In this document: positions 1 through 7,975 of the stretch, in pieces
Layout of the letters: every line of letters starts with the position of its first letter
Numbering within the stretch: the stretch's first letter is position 1
Origin: Candidatus Polarisedimenticolia bacterium
GTDB taxonomy: Bacteria; Acidobacteriota; Polarisedimenticolia; Gp22-AA2
Assembly: GCA_036005805.1 (NCBI GenBank)
Contig: DASYQE010000381.1
Span: forward strand, 674-64,673
Reading direction: 5' to 3'
Length of the DNA stretch: 64,000 bases
The notes under the pieces: generated by a model
What the model was told of the DNA's origin: nothing
The model's input: the letters and a program-made list of their open reading frames with translations, nothing else
Databases searched by the model: none
Position numbers and translations under genes: made by a program

Positions 1-985
1 CGTCATCCTGCTCGTCGTCAACATGGAGATGCCGCGCGGCGTGGTCCCGGCGATCGAGCAGGCGCTCCTGGTCGGCAACGCCTACTACTCGCAGGGGAAG
101 TCCCGCCAGGCGCGCGACGCCTACACCAGCGGGCTGGTGCTGCTCGGGGAGGGGCCGCCGGGCGCCGCGGGCGATGCGCTGCTGCGCGAGAAGTTCGGTC
201 CCGGGGTGACGCTCGAAGCCATCCAGCACGAGCTCGAGGTCGAGTCGGTGGCGCGCGGCCCGCAGTTCAAGGGCATCCATCTCGGCATCCACCACGGCAT
301 CGGCATCGCGCTGGTGCAGGAGGCGCAGACGCTGCTCGACGCCGGCCGGCGCCAGGACGCGCTCGGCCTGCTCGACCAGGCCATCGGCCAGTTCGAGGAG
401 GCGCTGCGCATCGCCCCGTCGTACATGCTGTCGCACCGCAAGATGGCGCGCGCCTGGCTGCTCAAGGGCGACTCGCCGGCCGCCATCGAGTGGCTGCAGA
501 AGGGTGTCGACCTGTGGCCCGATGACGTGCCGGCGCGTCTCGAGCTGGCGGAGATCCTCTACTCGACCGGCGATTACCACGGCGCCATGCGGCAGCTCGA
601 CGCGGCGCAGCGCTACCAGGGCGGGATGGAACCTCAAGAGATCGCGCAGCTCCACCTGAACCGCGGTCTGGTGCAGCTGCGCGGTCTCGACGAGCCGGGC
701 CTGGCGCTGTGGAACCTCGAGCAGGCGCTGGCGCTCGCGCCCGAGCACGCGCAGGCCCCGGCGATCCGCGCCGAGGTCGAGGGGCTCAAGCGGCGCGGGG
801 TGCAGCCGGTCGAGGACATCGCGACGACGGCGCCGCCTCCGGGCGGAGCCGGCGGACCGCCGCGCGGAGCGCCGCCGGAGGGAACGCCGCCCGGCACGCC
901 CACTCCCGGTGCGCCACCGGCCGGAGCTCCTGCACCGGGCGCTGCTTCGCCCGCCGCGGCCCCGGGCGGGTCGCCCGGGGCCTAA
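1..985 (+). CDS. TPR-like repeat protein with Pro/Gly/Ala-rich C-terminal tail (probably 5'-partial; no in-frame stop between window start and ATG at 23)
   Basis: ORF 23..985 shows TPR-like helical repeats (AYYSQG..., ARAWLLKGD..., ELAEILYSTGDY...) and a low-complexity PPGGAGGPP tail. The frame is open back to base 2. Confidence 0.5.
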   Translation, partial: VILLVVNMEMPRGVVPAIEQALLVGNAYYSQGKSRQARDAYTSGLVLLGEGPPGAAGDALLREKFGPGVTLEAIQHELEVESVARGPQFKGIHLGIHHGIGIALVQEAQTLLDAGRRQDALGLLDQAIGQFEEALRIAPSYMLSHRKMARAWLLKGDSPAAIEWLQKGVDLWPDDVPARLELAEILYSTGDYHGAMRQLDAAQRYQGGMEPQEIAQLHLNRGLVQLRGLDEPGLALWNLEQALALAPEHAQAPAIRAEVEGLKRRGVQPVEDIATTAPPPGGAGGPPRGAPPEGTPPGTPTPGAPPAGAPAPGAASPAAAPGGSPGA

Positions 986-1695
986 CGCTTCGCGGCCACC
1001 GGAGTGAGATGGCGCAGCGCGCGCTCGGCGGCGTGCTGCTCCGCTTCCTTCTTGGTCCCGCCGCGACCGTGCGCCAGGACCTCCCCTTCCACCAGGAGAT
1101 CGACGTGGAAGACGGGTCGGTGCGGCGGACCCTCCGTCTTCCCCACCCGGTAACGCGGGGTCGGGCGTCCCGTCGCCTGTAATTCTTCCTGGAGGCGGGT
1201 CTTCGGATCGCGGCGCTCGACCTCGTCCTGGTTGAGCGCGCGCAGCCGGCTGCCGAGCACCCGATCGACCACCTGGCGGGCCGCCTTCTCACCCGCGTCG
1301 AGGTGCACCGCCGCGAGGATGGCCTCGAAGGCGTCGGCGAGGAGCGACTCGTTCGTCTGCAGGCGCGATTTCGCCGCCGACTTCCCCACCTGGACGCATT
1401 CGGCCAGTCCGAGGTCACGCGCTGCGGCAGCGAGGCTCGGACGGCTGACGAGGTACGCCTTGAGCTTGGAGAGGCCGCCTTCGTCCAGGTCGGGATGACG
1501 CGCGAAGAGCGCCTCCGCCACCAGGAACCCCAGAAGCGCGTCGCCGAGGAACTCGAGCCCTTCGTTGTCGGCGACCCCGGACTGCTCGCGGGCGCGCGAC
1601 GAATGGGTCAGCGCGCGTTCGAGGAGGCGGCGATCGCGGAAGGTGTGGCCGAGCCGCGTTTCGAGCTGGCCGACCGTGCCGGCGTCATCCCCCAT
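982..1695 (-). CDS. rnc: ribonuclease III
   Basis: RNase III signature ERLEFLGDA, followed by a dsRBD with a KKEAEQ-like motif. Start re-set to the ATG at 1693-1695 (MGDDAGTV...); the upstream Pro/Arg-rich extension in the track is out-of-family. Confidence 0.85.
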   Translation of the reverse strand: MGDDAGTVGQLETRLGHTFRDRRLLERALTHSSRAREQSGVADNEGLEFLGDALLGFLVAEALFARHPDLDEGGLSKLKAYLVSRPSLAAAARDLGLAECVQVGKSAAKSRLQTNESLLADAFEAILAAVHLDAGEKAARQVVDRVLGSRLRALNQDEVERRDPKTRLQEELQATGRPTPRYRVGKTEGPPHRPVFHVDLLVEGEVLAHGRGGTKKEAEQHAAERALRHLTPVAAKR

Positions 1696-4600
1696 TCGAG
1701 GGGGAGCCGTTCGACGCGGGCGGCGCCGTGGTCGGCGGCGTGGCCGATCCCGGAGCGGGGACGATGGTGTCGGAGGCGGGGCTCGAGGCCGGGCTGCCGG
1801 CGCCGGTGGAGTCCGGGACGTCCTCACGCCCGCCGCCGACGGCCGGGCCGGAGTGCGCCGACGCGTACGCCTGGATTCTTTCCTGCAGGCGGCTCGCCTT
1901 CTGACGCTCCTGGAAGCCTTCCAGGCGCGAACCCTTGCGCTCGAGGACCTCGGCCAGCTTCAGGTGCGCGTCCACCTCGACGCGGGTGAGCGTGTCCTGT
2001 GCGTAGGCCCACTTCAGGTAGTCCTTGAGGGATTTCTCCGCCTCGGTGTCGCGCTTCAGGCGCGCCGCCGACAGGCCGACGAAGTAGTCCACCAGCGGAT
2101 AGGACTCGCGGCCGGCCGCGATCGTCCGCGCCTGCCGCAGCTCGGTGATGGCCGGCTCGTAGCGACCGACCTGGTAGAGCGCCCGGCCGTGGTTGTACAG
2201 GACGACGGCCGTGTCGCCGTGCGCCTGCGCCGCGCGCCCGAGGAAGCGCTCGGCGTCGAAGTAGTCGCGCGCGTCGAAGTGGAACATCCCGAGGCTGAAG
2301 AGGGCGTCGAGGTTGTCCGGCTCGAGCGCCAGGACCGCCTCCCATTCCTTGAGCGCCCCGTCCACGTCGCGCTGCTGCAGATACGCCTCCCCCGTCACCC
2401 AGCGGGCGCGCGCCATGGAGCCCAGTCCCTGCAGGTCCTTCGCCACGCTCAGCGCGCGGACCGGATCGCCGGCGAGACCGAGATAGGACTTGGCGATCCG
2501 GTAGAGCAGCGCCGAGCGCGCCTCGCGGGTCGCCTGGTCTTCGGCCGGCGCCAGCAGAGGGTCGAGCCCCGCCCAGGCGCCGTCGATGCGCTCCGGCAGG
2601 CGGCTCCCCCGCTGCACCTGCAGGTCGTGCGCCGCCGCCACGGTCACGGCGCGCCGATCGTCGGGGTTGGAGGGGCCGTCACCGAGCACCTTGCGCAGCC
2701 CCTCGGCATCGAGACGCGCCGTCAGCACCACCTCGTCGGAGCCTATCACCGTGGCCCGGGAGAGATCGTCGGCGATGGCGGCATTGCCTGCCGCCGCCTT
2801 GCGGATGGCCTCGGGATCGACGCGCAGCGTGGACGGCGATCCGATCAGCAGGAGATCGTCCGGCGAGGTCTGGAACACCAGCACCGAGGGGAAGGCCTTG
2901 AGAAAGGCGCGCATCCACGCCGTGACCAGCGGATCGGGGACCGCCCCGAGGGAGAAGCGCTGCGCCACGACGCCTTTCTCGGGGATCCGCGAGCGCAGCA
3001 GGGCATACCCCTCGTCGGTGATCAGACCCGCCAGGTGCGGCAGCCAGGGGTCGGTACAGGTCACGACGATCACGTCGTAGGTCGTCTTCTCGCTGCGCAG
3101 GCGGGCCAGCGGATCGTCCTGCACGACGCGCAGCCGCGGATCGCCGCCGGGGTTGTTGGCGAGGGCCGCGAAGATCGGCGCCGCCTCGATCACCGCCGGC
3201 TCCCGCTCGATGACGGTCACCGCGCGCACCGGGTGCCGCAGCACCGAGCCGGTCGTCAGCCCGAGGGAAAAATCGATCACCAGCGCCCCGTCGGCCGGCC
3301 CATGCAGGAGCATCGGGATCTCCCCCGCCAGGATCTGGCTGCGCGCGTCGATGCCGGTGTTCCCCACCGCGCGGCCGTCGATGACCAGCGACTCGGCTTC
3401 GATCACCGGGGCCATCGCCTTCTGCACGGTGTGCTCGACGGTCACCGTGGCGTGCCGTCCCTCGCGGTAGAACTCCGGGGCCGCGCCGCGCAGGCGCGAC
3501 GCCAGCCAGCCGTTCGGGTCGTCGAAGCGGGCGGCCGCCCCGACGCCGTAGCGATAGACACCCCCGGCCGTGACCCGCGGGTCCCACGACGCCGGGAAGC
3601 CGCCGACCACGACCATGGCCACGAGGATGCCGAGGGACACCGACCCCTTCATCGCCGGTTTCGCGAAGGGCACCCGGGTGAGAAGCGGCAGGAGCGCGAA
3701 GAGCCCGAGGGCCGAGGCCAGGGCCAGACCCCTGCGCAGACCCATGGTCGGCACGAGCAGGCCGGCCCCGAGGAGCACGCCTATGGCCGCTCCGGCCGCC
3801 AGGGGCGAAAGGATTCCGCCGGGATCGCGGGCGGCTTCGCGGCGGAACCCGTCCGCGCCGCCAGGGCCGGCCGCACCCACTCCCGAAGAGGACGCCAGGC
3901 AGGCGATGGCGCCGCCGAACGCGATCGCCGGGGGGACGGTCAGGGCCAGCGCGGCCGCGACTCCCAGCATCCGGGCGGCCGATCCTCCCGCCGCCACCAG
4001 CCCGGCGCACCAGGTGGACAGCCCCGGCACCAGGAACGCGGAGACGTCTACCAGCATGGCCGCGGCGGCCAGCAGCACGACGGTCGTCAGGAGACGCCCC
4101 GGACGCGCGGCCATGGGGACCAGGATGACGCCGGCGGCCAGGCCCAGCAGGGCCGTGGTGGCGACGACGAAGGCGTTCAACTCGGTCGGCCCGGCCAGAA
4201 GCGCAACGGTCCTCTCCCAGCAGACGGCCGCCGCTCCGAGGGAGAGACCCGCGACGAGGGCCGTGGAGAGGGCTTCGGGCGGCCGCGCGAGGCCCGGTGC
4301 CCCGGCGGGACGCCCGCCCCACGCCAGGCCCGTCCCCAGGGCGCACAGCAGGAGCCCGGCGCCCGCCGCCGCCTTGAGACCGAGCATCGGCAGCAGAACG
4401 GCTCCCCCGAAGGCGAGACCGAGGCTCACCGCGGCCGCCGCGATCCCGGGCCGCAAACCCGTCGGCAGCTCGCTCCCGGCACCGCCGCTCGAAGAGGCCG
4501 AGAATCTCAGGACCGTTCCCGCCGCCACGGCCGCGGGAAGAAGACCTGCCAGGATCAGGCACCTCAGGACGAAGGCACCCACGGCATTCCCACCGAGCAG

Positions 4601-4942
4601 AGGCCAGAGCAGGTGCGCCAGGGGTACCAGGACCAGCAGCAGGACGGGTGTCGCCACCAGGGCGACCAGAAGGCGAAGCAGGACGGGTCCGGCGGAGCGC
4701 GGCCTCGCGGTGGCTCCCGAAGCGCAGCCCAGCAGCAGGAACGCCACCGCCACCGAAGCCCAGGTGCTTCCCGCCTGGTCGAGGGCCAGCCTCAACCCCG
4801 CGGGGACGAGCGTCCCCGCGGCGACGATTCCCAAGAGCGCGCCCGCCAGCTCTTTCCAGCCGGCGGCGGATCGCGACACCGGCGCATCGCCCTGCGGGAC
4901 CTCGACGGGCTCCCGGTGCACCGCTTCCGCTTCCTCGCTCAA
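1685..4942 (-). CDS. fused multi-TM spermidine-synthase-family domain + C-terminal TPR repeats (degenerate GGGDGG motif)
   Basis: About 14 hydrophobic helices, then a SpeE-like domain (HATVTVEH...VIDFSLGLTTGSV...YDVIVVTCTDPW...), then TPR repeats. The SAM-binding Gly-rich motif reads SLGLTTGS instead of GGGDGG. Confidence 0.7.
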   Translation of the reverse strand: MSEEAEAVHREPVEVPQGDAPVSRSAAGWKELAGALLGIVAAGTLVPAGLRLALDQAGSTWASVAVAFLLLGCASGATARPRSAGPVLLRLLVALVATPVLLLVLVPLAHLLWPLLGGNAVGAFVLRCLILAGLLPAAVAAGTVLRFSASSSGGAGSELPTGLRPGIAAAAVSLGLAFGGAVLLPMLGLKAAAGAGLLLCALGTGLAWGGRPAGAPGLARPPEALSTALVAGLSLGAAAVCWERTVALLAGPTELNAFVVATTALLGLAAGVILVPMAARPGRLLTTVVLLAAAAMLVDVSAFLVPGLSTWCAGLVAAGGSAARMLGVAAALALTVPPAIAFGGAIACLASSSGVGAAGPGGADGFRREAARDPGGILSPLAAGAAIGVLLGAGLLVPTMGLRRGLALASALGLFALLPLLTRVPFAKPAMKGSVSLGILVAMVVVGGFPASWDPRVTAGGVYRYGVGAAARFDDPNGWLASRLRGAAPEFYREGRHATVTVEHTVQKAMAPVIEAESLVIDGRAVGNTGIDARSQILAGEIPMLLHGPADGALVIDFSLGLTTGSVLRHPVRAVTVIEREPAVIEAAPIFAALANNPGGDPRLRVVQDDPLARLRSEKTTYDVIVVTCTDPWLPHLAGLITDEGYALLRSRIPEKGVVAQRFSLGAVPDPLVTAWMRAFLKAFPSVLVFQTSPDDLLLIGSPSTLRVDPEAIRKAAAGNAAIADDLSRATVIGSDEVVLTARLDAEGLRKVLGDGPSNPDDRRAVTVAAAHDLQVQRGSRLPERIDGAWAGLDPLLAPAEDQATREARSALLYRIAKSYLGLAGDPVRALSVAKDLQGLGSMARARWVTGEAYLQQRDVDGALKEWEAVLALEPDNLDALFSLGMFHFDARDYFDAERFLGRAAQAHGDTAVVLYNHGRALYQVGRYEPAITELRQARTIAAGRESYPLVDYFVGLSAARLKRDTEAEKSLKDYLKWAYAQDTLTRVEVDAHLKLAEVLERKGSRLEGFQERQKASRLQERIQAYASAHSGPAVGGGREDVPDSTGAGSPASSPASDTIVPAPGSATPPTTAPPASNGSPSNGG

Positions 4943-5017
4943 GCCTCTCCTCCTTCGAGCCCTGTTCCGGCGCCGTGTGCGAGGCGCATCTTACCCGCGC
5001 GCCATGCGGGGACGGCT

Positions 5018-5052
5018 AAAAAAAAGCCACCAGGCTCTTGGAGCCTGGTGGC
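5018..5052 (-). terminator. intrinsic terminator downstream of the 39-aa ORF
   Basis: Plus strand carries A8 (5018-5025) followed by GCCACCAGGCTC-ttg-GAGCCTGGTGGC. On the minus strand this is a 12-bp GC-rich hairpin followed by U8. Confidence 0.65.
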
Positions 5053-5087
5053 TGGGTGATGCGAATGCTGAGACGTTGCCGATCGAA

Positions 5088-5207
5088 CTAGCTGGTGATC
5101 GGGCCGCCACTCACACGGCACGAGTCATCCGCCTTGGAGCAGGCCGCGGCACGCGCCTCGATCTTCTCCGTGTGGATGATGGCCGGCTTCTCGTAGCTCT
5201 TCTTCAT
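5088..5207 (-). CDS. unannotated 39-aa peptide, candidate RiPP (ranthipeptide-like) precursor: MKKSYEKPAIIHTEKIEARAAACSKADDSCRVSGGPITS
   Basis: ATG (plus-strand CAT at 5205-5207) with an AGGAGGGAGAG SD 7 nt upstream. Codons are GC3-rich, the stop is TAG (5088-5090), and the terminator lies 36 nt downstream. Not in the track because it is under 60 aa. Confidence 0.6.
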   Translation of the reverse strand: MKKSYEKPAIIHTEKIEARAAACSKADDSCRVSGGPITS

Positions 5208-5237
5208 GGCGAAACTCTCCCTCCTGGAGGATGGTTT

Positions 5238-6455
5238 TTACTTCACCGAAACCGACGCGCTGCGGACCGAAGTCCCGTCGCTCTTGACGGCCTCGACCGT
5301 GATCGAACGCTCGTTCTTCAGTGCGCCGCGGCCCGTCTCGAAGGAGTAATCGTTGCTGCCAATCCCCTTCGCGGAGATGAGGCCAGAGTTGAGCTTCGTG
5401 GAACCGCCGTAAACGTTGAAGCCGACGATCAGCGACTCGTTCTCGGTGCCGAAGGAGACGGAGAGCTTGCCGGCGGCCAGCTCAGCCTTCTTGATGGCAA
5501 CCTTGTCCGACGCCGCGGCGGCGCCGCCGATGCGGAGCCAGCCGGTGAGGCCGCCCGACTCAGCGGGAGCAACCGAGCCATCGCCGATCAGCGAGCTGGC
5601 GCCGACGAAGGCACAGGAGCTGTCGGCCGGACGGTTGACCTGGACGCACTTGCTGCCGCCCGGGCCAGCCGTGACGGCCAGCGGCGAACCCCACGACGAC
5701 CGGCGGAGATCCGGCGTCGTGTTGCAGGGACCGGTGATCGAGTACAGGTTCCCCGGAGCCGCCGTCACCTGCGTGCCCACGGTGCCCGTGCAGGTCCCGA
5801 GAGCCTCGCCGACCGTCCCGGCATCGCAGTCGCTGTGGACCGGCGCGCCCGCCTGCTGCACGCAGACGGTGTTCGCCGTGAGACCGTTGGTGTTGGAGAC
5901 GAGCGACAGACCGTTGCTCTGGCTGCACGCCAGCGGAATGGCGGCCGCGCCGTCGAAGCCCTGCGCCTCCTCGACCATGTACTGGCCGAAGTCATTCGAG
6001 AAGCCGAAGCTGGTGACGATCGAGGAACCGTCGTTCGCGACCACCTGGATGACCACTCGCGCTCCCGTACCCTGCGCCCCAGCGGGGTTCGGGCAGCCGG
6101 TGGCGGACTGCTGCGGTCCGCCCCAGTCGAACAGCACGGTGACATTGCCGTCGCCGGCGGCGCCGGCTTCCGGCTGACAGTCGACGAACTGATCGTTCTG
6201 CACTCCAGTGGCCTCGCAGACGAAATCGAGGGTCCCGTCCGCCTGGACGGTCGTGTTGGTATTCGTCGTCGCTTCCGCGCCGAGCGCGTAGGCGTAGCCG
6301 ACGACCGGCTGGCTGTCGGGGCACCCCGTGAAGAAGCTGCCGAACGCGTGCTGCATTGGCTGCGGGTTCGGACAGGCGGCGCGCAGGGGACTCGGCACCG
6401 CCATGACCAGCAGCGCCACCGCGCCCAGCGTCAGGATCTTTGTGACCTTGTTCAT
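5238..6455 (-). CDS. secreted Cys/Gly/Thr-rich protein, paralogous to the N-terminal half of the TSP3-repeat protein
   Basis: Signal peptide MNKVTKILTLGAVALLVMAVPSPLRAA. Shares CQPEAG..GDG.VT, QF/YM, LYSI(T/V)GPC and SWGSP blocks with ORF 10700..12472. AAGGAGGAGGGAGAG SD upstream. Confidence 0.6.
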   Translation of the reverse strand: MNKVTKILTLGAVALLVMAVPSPLRAACPNPQPMQHAFGSFFTGCPDSQPVVGYAYALGAEATTNTNTTVQADGTLDFVCEATGVQNDQFVDCQPEAGAAGDGNVTVLFDWGGPQQSATGCPNPAGAQGTGARVVIQVVANDGSSIVTSFGFSNDFGQYMVEEAQGFDGAAAIPLACSQSNGLSLVSNTNGLTANTVCVQQAGAPVHSDCDAGTVGEALGTCTGTVGTQVTAAPGNLYSITGPCNTTPDLRRSSWGSPLAVTAGPGGSKCVQVNRPADSSCAFVGASSLIGDGSVAPAESGGLTGWLRIGGAAAASDKVAIKKAELAAGKLSVSFGTENESLIVGFNVYGGSTKLNSGLISAKGIGSNDYSFETGRGALKNERSITVEAVKSDGTSVRSASVSVK

Positions 6456-6503
6456 GGTTGGCTCTCCCTCCTCCTTTTGCTCGTCGTGAGAAATCGCTTG
6501 CGA

Positions 6504-7199
6504 TTAGAAATGGGCCGGAATGAACGACAGCGGCCCGTTCGGCTCGCGGATCTGCACCGCCTCGCCGAGAACCAAGTTCAGCGTGCCGGCGGCAGCCGTT
6601 CCGCAGGTGACCGTCGTCGCCGCGCCGGTGCTGGCGTTGAGACGCTGGATGGTAGCACGCGAGACGCCCGTCGAGGTCAGCCCCGACGACAGGCAGAGGT
6701 CAGCGGCGGTGACGGCGGTCGTGTGGTAGGGCACCGAGAACCACAGGGAGCCGATGGAGCCGGTCCCGGCGTCCGGAACGGTGATCGACAGCGACGGGTT
6801 GTGCGACCCGACGATGATGATCGACCCGCTCTGACCGGTCGGACGGCGGATGCGGACGCCACGTCCCGGGAAGATGGCGCGGCTGGTGGCGGCGGCGGTG
6901 CCGCACGTCACGGTGCTGACGGCGCCGTTGACCGGGTCGATGTCGGTGATGGTGTCACGCGCGACGCCGGAGGTGATGAGACCGGTCTGCGTGCAGAAGG
7001 CGCCGAGGTTCCCGTAAGGGTTGAAGTACGGGATCGAGGTCCAGTTGCTGCCGATCTGGCCCGCGCCCGGCAGCGCCAGCGGCTTGTTCATCTTGAAACC
7101 GGTGTTCGACGCCGTCACCACCCCGCCGGCGACGACCATCGCGGCAGCGACGAGAACCACCGCCAGTCCGAAGTGCGATTTCTTGTTGAGCATTTTCAT
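6504..7199 (-). CDS. secreted protein made of two tandem ~90-aa repeats
   Basis: Signal peptide present. Repeat A (GSNWTSIPY...TVTCGTAAA) and repeat B (GSLWFSVPY...TVTCGTAAA) are clearly alignable. Confidence 0.6.
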   Translation of the reverse strand: MKMLNKKSHFGLAVVLVAAAMVVAGGVVTASNTGFKMNKPLALPGAGQIGSNWTSIPYFNPYGNLGAFCTQTGLITSGVARDTITDIDPVNGAVSTVTCGTAAATSRAIFPGRGVRIRRPTGQSGSIIIVGSHNPSLSITVPDAGTGSIGSLWFSVPYHTTAVTAADLCLSSGLTSTGVSRATIQRLNASTGAATTVTCGTAAAGTLNLVLGEAVQIREPNGPLSFIPAHF

Positions 7200-7275
7200 G
7201 GCCTCCCTGTATCCCCTTGAGTTTTCGACCTACACCCACCCTAGAAGGCCGGCGAGGTTGTCGGCAACCTGCCGG

Positions 7276-7303
7276 TATGTACGCCCAAACTCCACTATGT
7301 CAA
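7276..7303 (-). promoter_or_regulatory. candidate sigma70-like promoter (TTGACA-N16-TACATA) for the 6504..7199 operon
   Basis: Minus strand reads TTGACA tagtggagtttgggcg TACATA, about 70 nt upstream of the start codon. The -10 element is imperfect. Confidence 0.3.
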
Positions 7304-7322
7304 GCACGAAAGAGCGGCGCTG

Positions 7323-7898
7323 CTACTCAACTCTGTAATAGGTGATGGCCGGGGATTCGGTGTCCCGGTCCACCCATTCATGCCCTTTGACGACCTGAGC
7401 GGCACCGGTTCCCAGGAGCCGCGGGTCGGTCGTCTTGAAGACTTTGTAGGTCCGGTTGTGCCCGTTGCTCCAGGCGACCCTGAGGCCGTCCTTCTCCAGG
7501 CGCATGTCCAGTTTCTCGGGCCCCTGGGCCTGCTGGGGCGCCACGTTGCCGTGGCTCAGGACGAAGGGGGCGGCGATCACCACCATGAGCAGCATGGCCG
7601 GGACGGCGGCGCTCCAGCCGTGCACGGGCAAAGGCGGCGCCAGGCGGCGCCACCAGGGAGCACGCACGGCCTCTTCGGCGGCCCGGGTGGAGATCCGCGT
7701 CACGACTCCGGGGGCCAACACGTCCCGCACCTCGAGCAGCGAGCGAACATCCGACAGAACATCTTTCATTTCAGCGAGTTCGGCGGCGCAGTCGGCACAT
7801 CCGGCCAGGTGGGACTCGACCGCCTCACGGCGGGAAAGCCCGAGGTCATCCGAGACGGCCAGCGGCAGGTCCTGTCGGAACCGGGTGCAGTCGCTCAT
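7323..7898 (-). CDS. zinc-finger (ZAS-type) anti-sigma factor, single TM
   Basis: N-terminal HLAGCADCAAEL (H-x3-C-x2-C) motif, a TM helix AVPAMLLMVVIAAPFVL, and a periplasmic C-terminal domain. Confidence 0.6.
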   Translation of the reverse strand: MSDCTRFRQDLPLAVSDDLGLSRREAVESHLAGCADCAAELAEMKDVLSDVRSLLEVRDVLAPGVVTRISTRAAEEAVRAPWWRRLAPPLPVHGWSAAVPAMLLMVVIAAPFVLSHGNVAPQQAQGPEKLDMRLEKDGLRVAWSNGHNRTYKVFKTTDPRLLGTGAAQVVKGHEWVDRDTESPAITYYRVE

Positions 7899-7975
7899 GG
7901 TCCCCTATACCCCCTGGCCGCGGGCGGCGTTCAAAGCGGGCCGGTGTCCCGGCCCGAAAAAAACCTCCCGGGGGC

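Noticed and set aside
1565-5059. 1164-aa plus-strand ORF, and other very long alternative-frame ORFs (for example 2679..4562-, 13323..15758+, 40643..43990+, 45896..48265+, 20115..22328+, 61056..63323+)
   Set aside because: These are Arg/Gly/Pro/Ala-rich low-complexity translations typical of off-frame reading in 70% GC DNA. Each is fully overlapped by a minus-strand ORF with recognisable family motifs. None has its own family signature.
4939-5121. 60-aa track ORF overlapping the 39-aa peptide gene
   Set aside because: It is in a different frame with no SD and has poor codon bias. The 39-aa frame has a strong SD, typical codon usage and a terminator.
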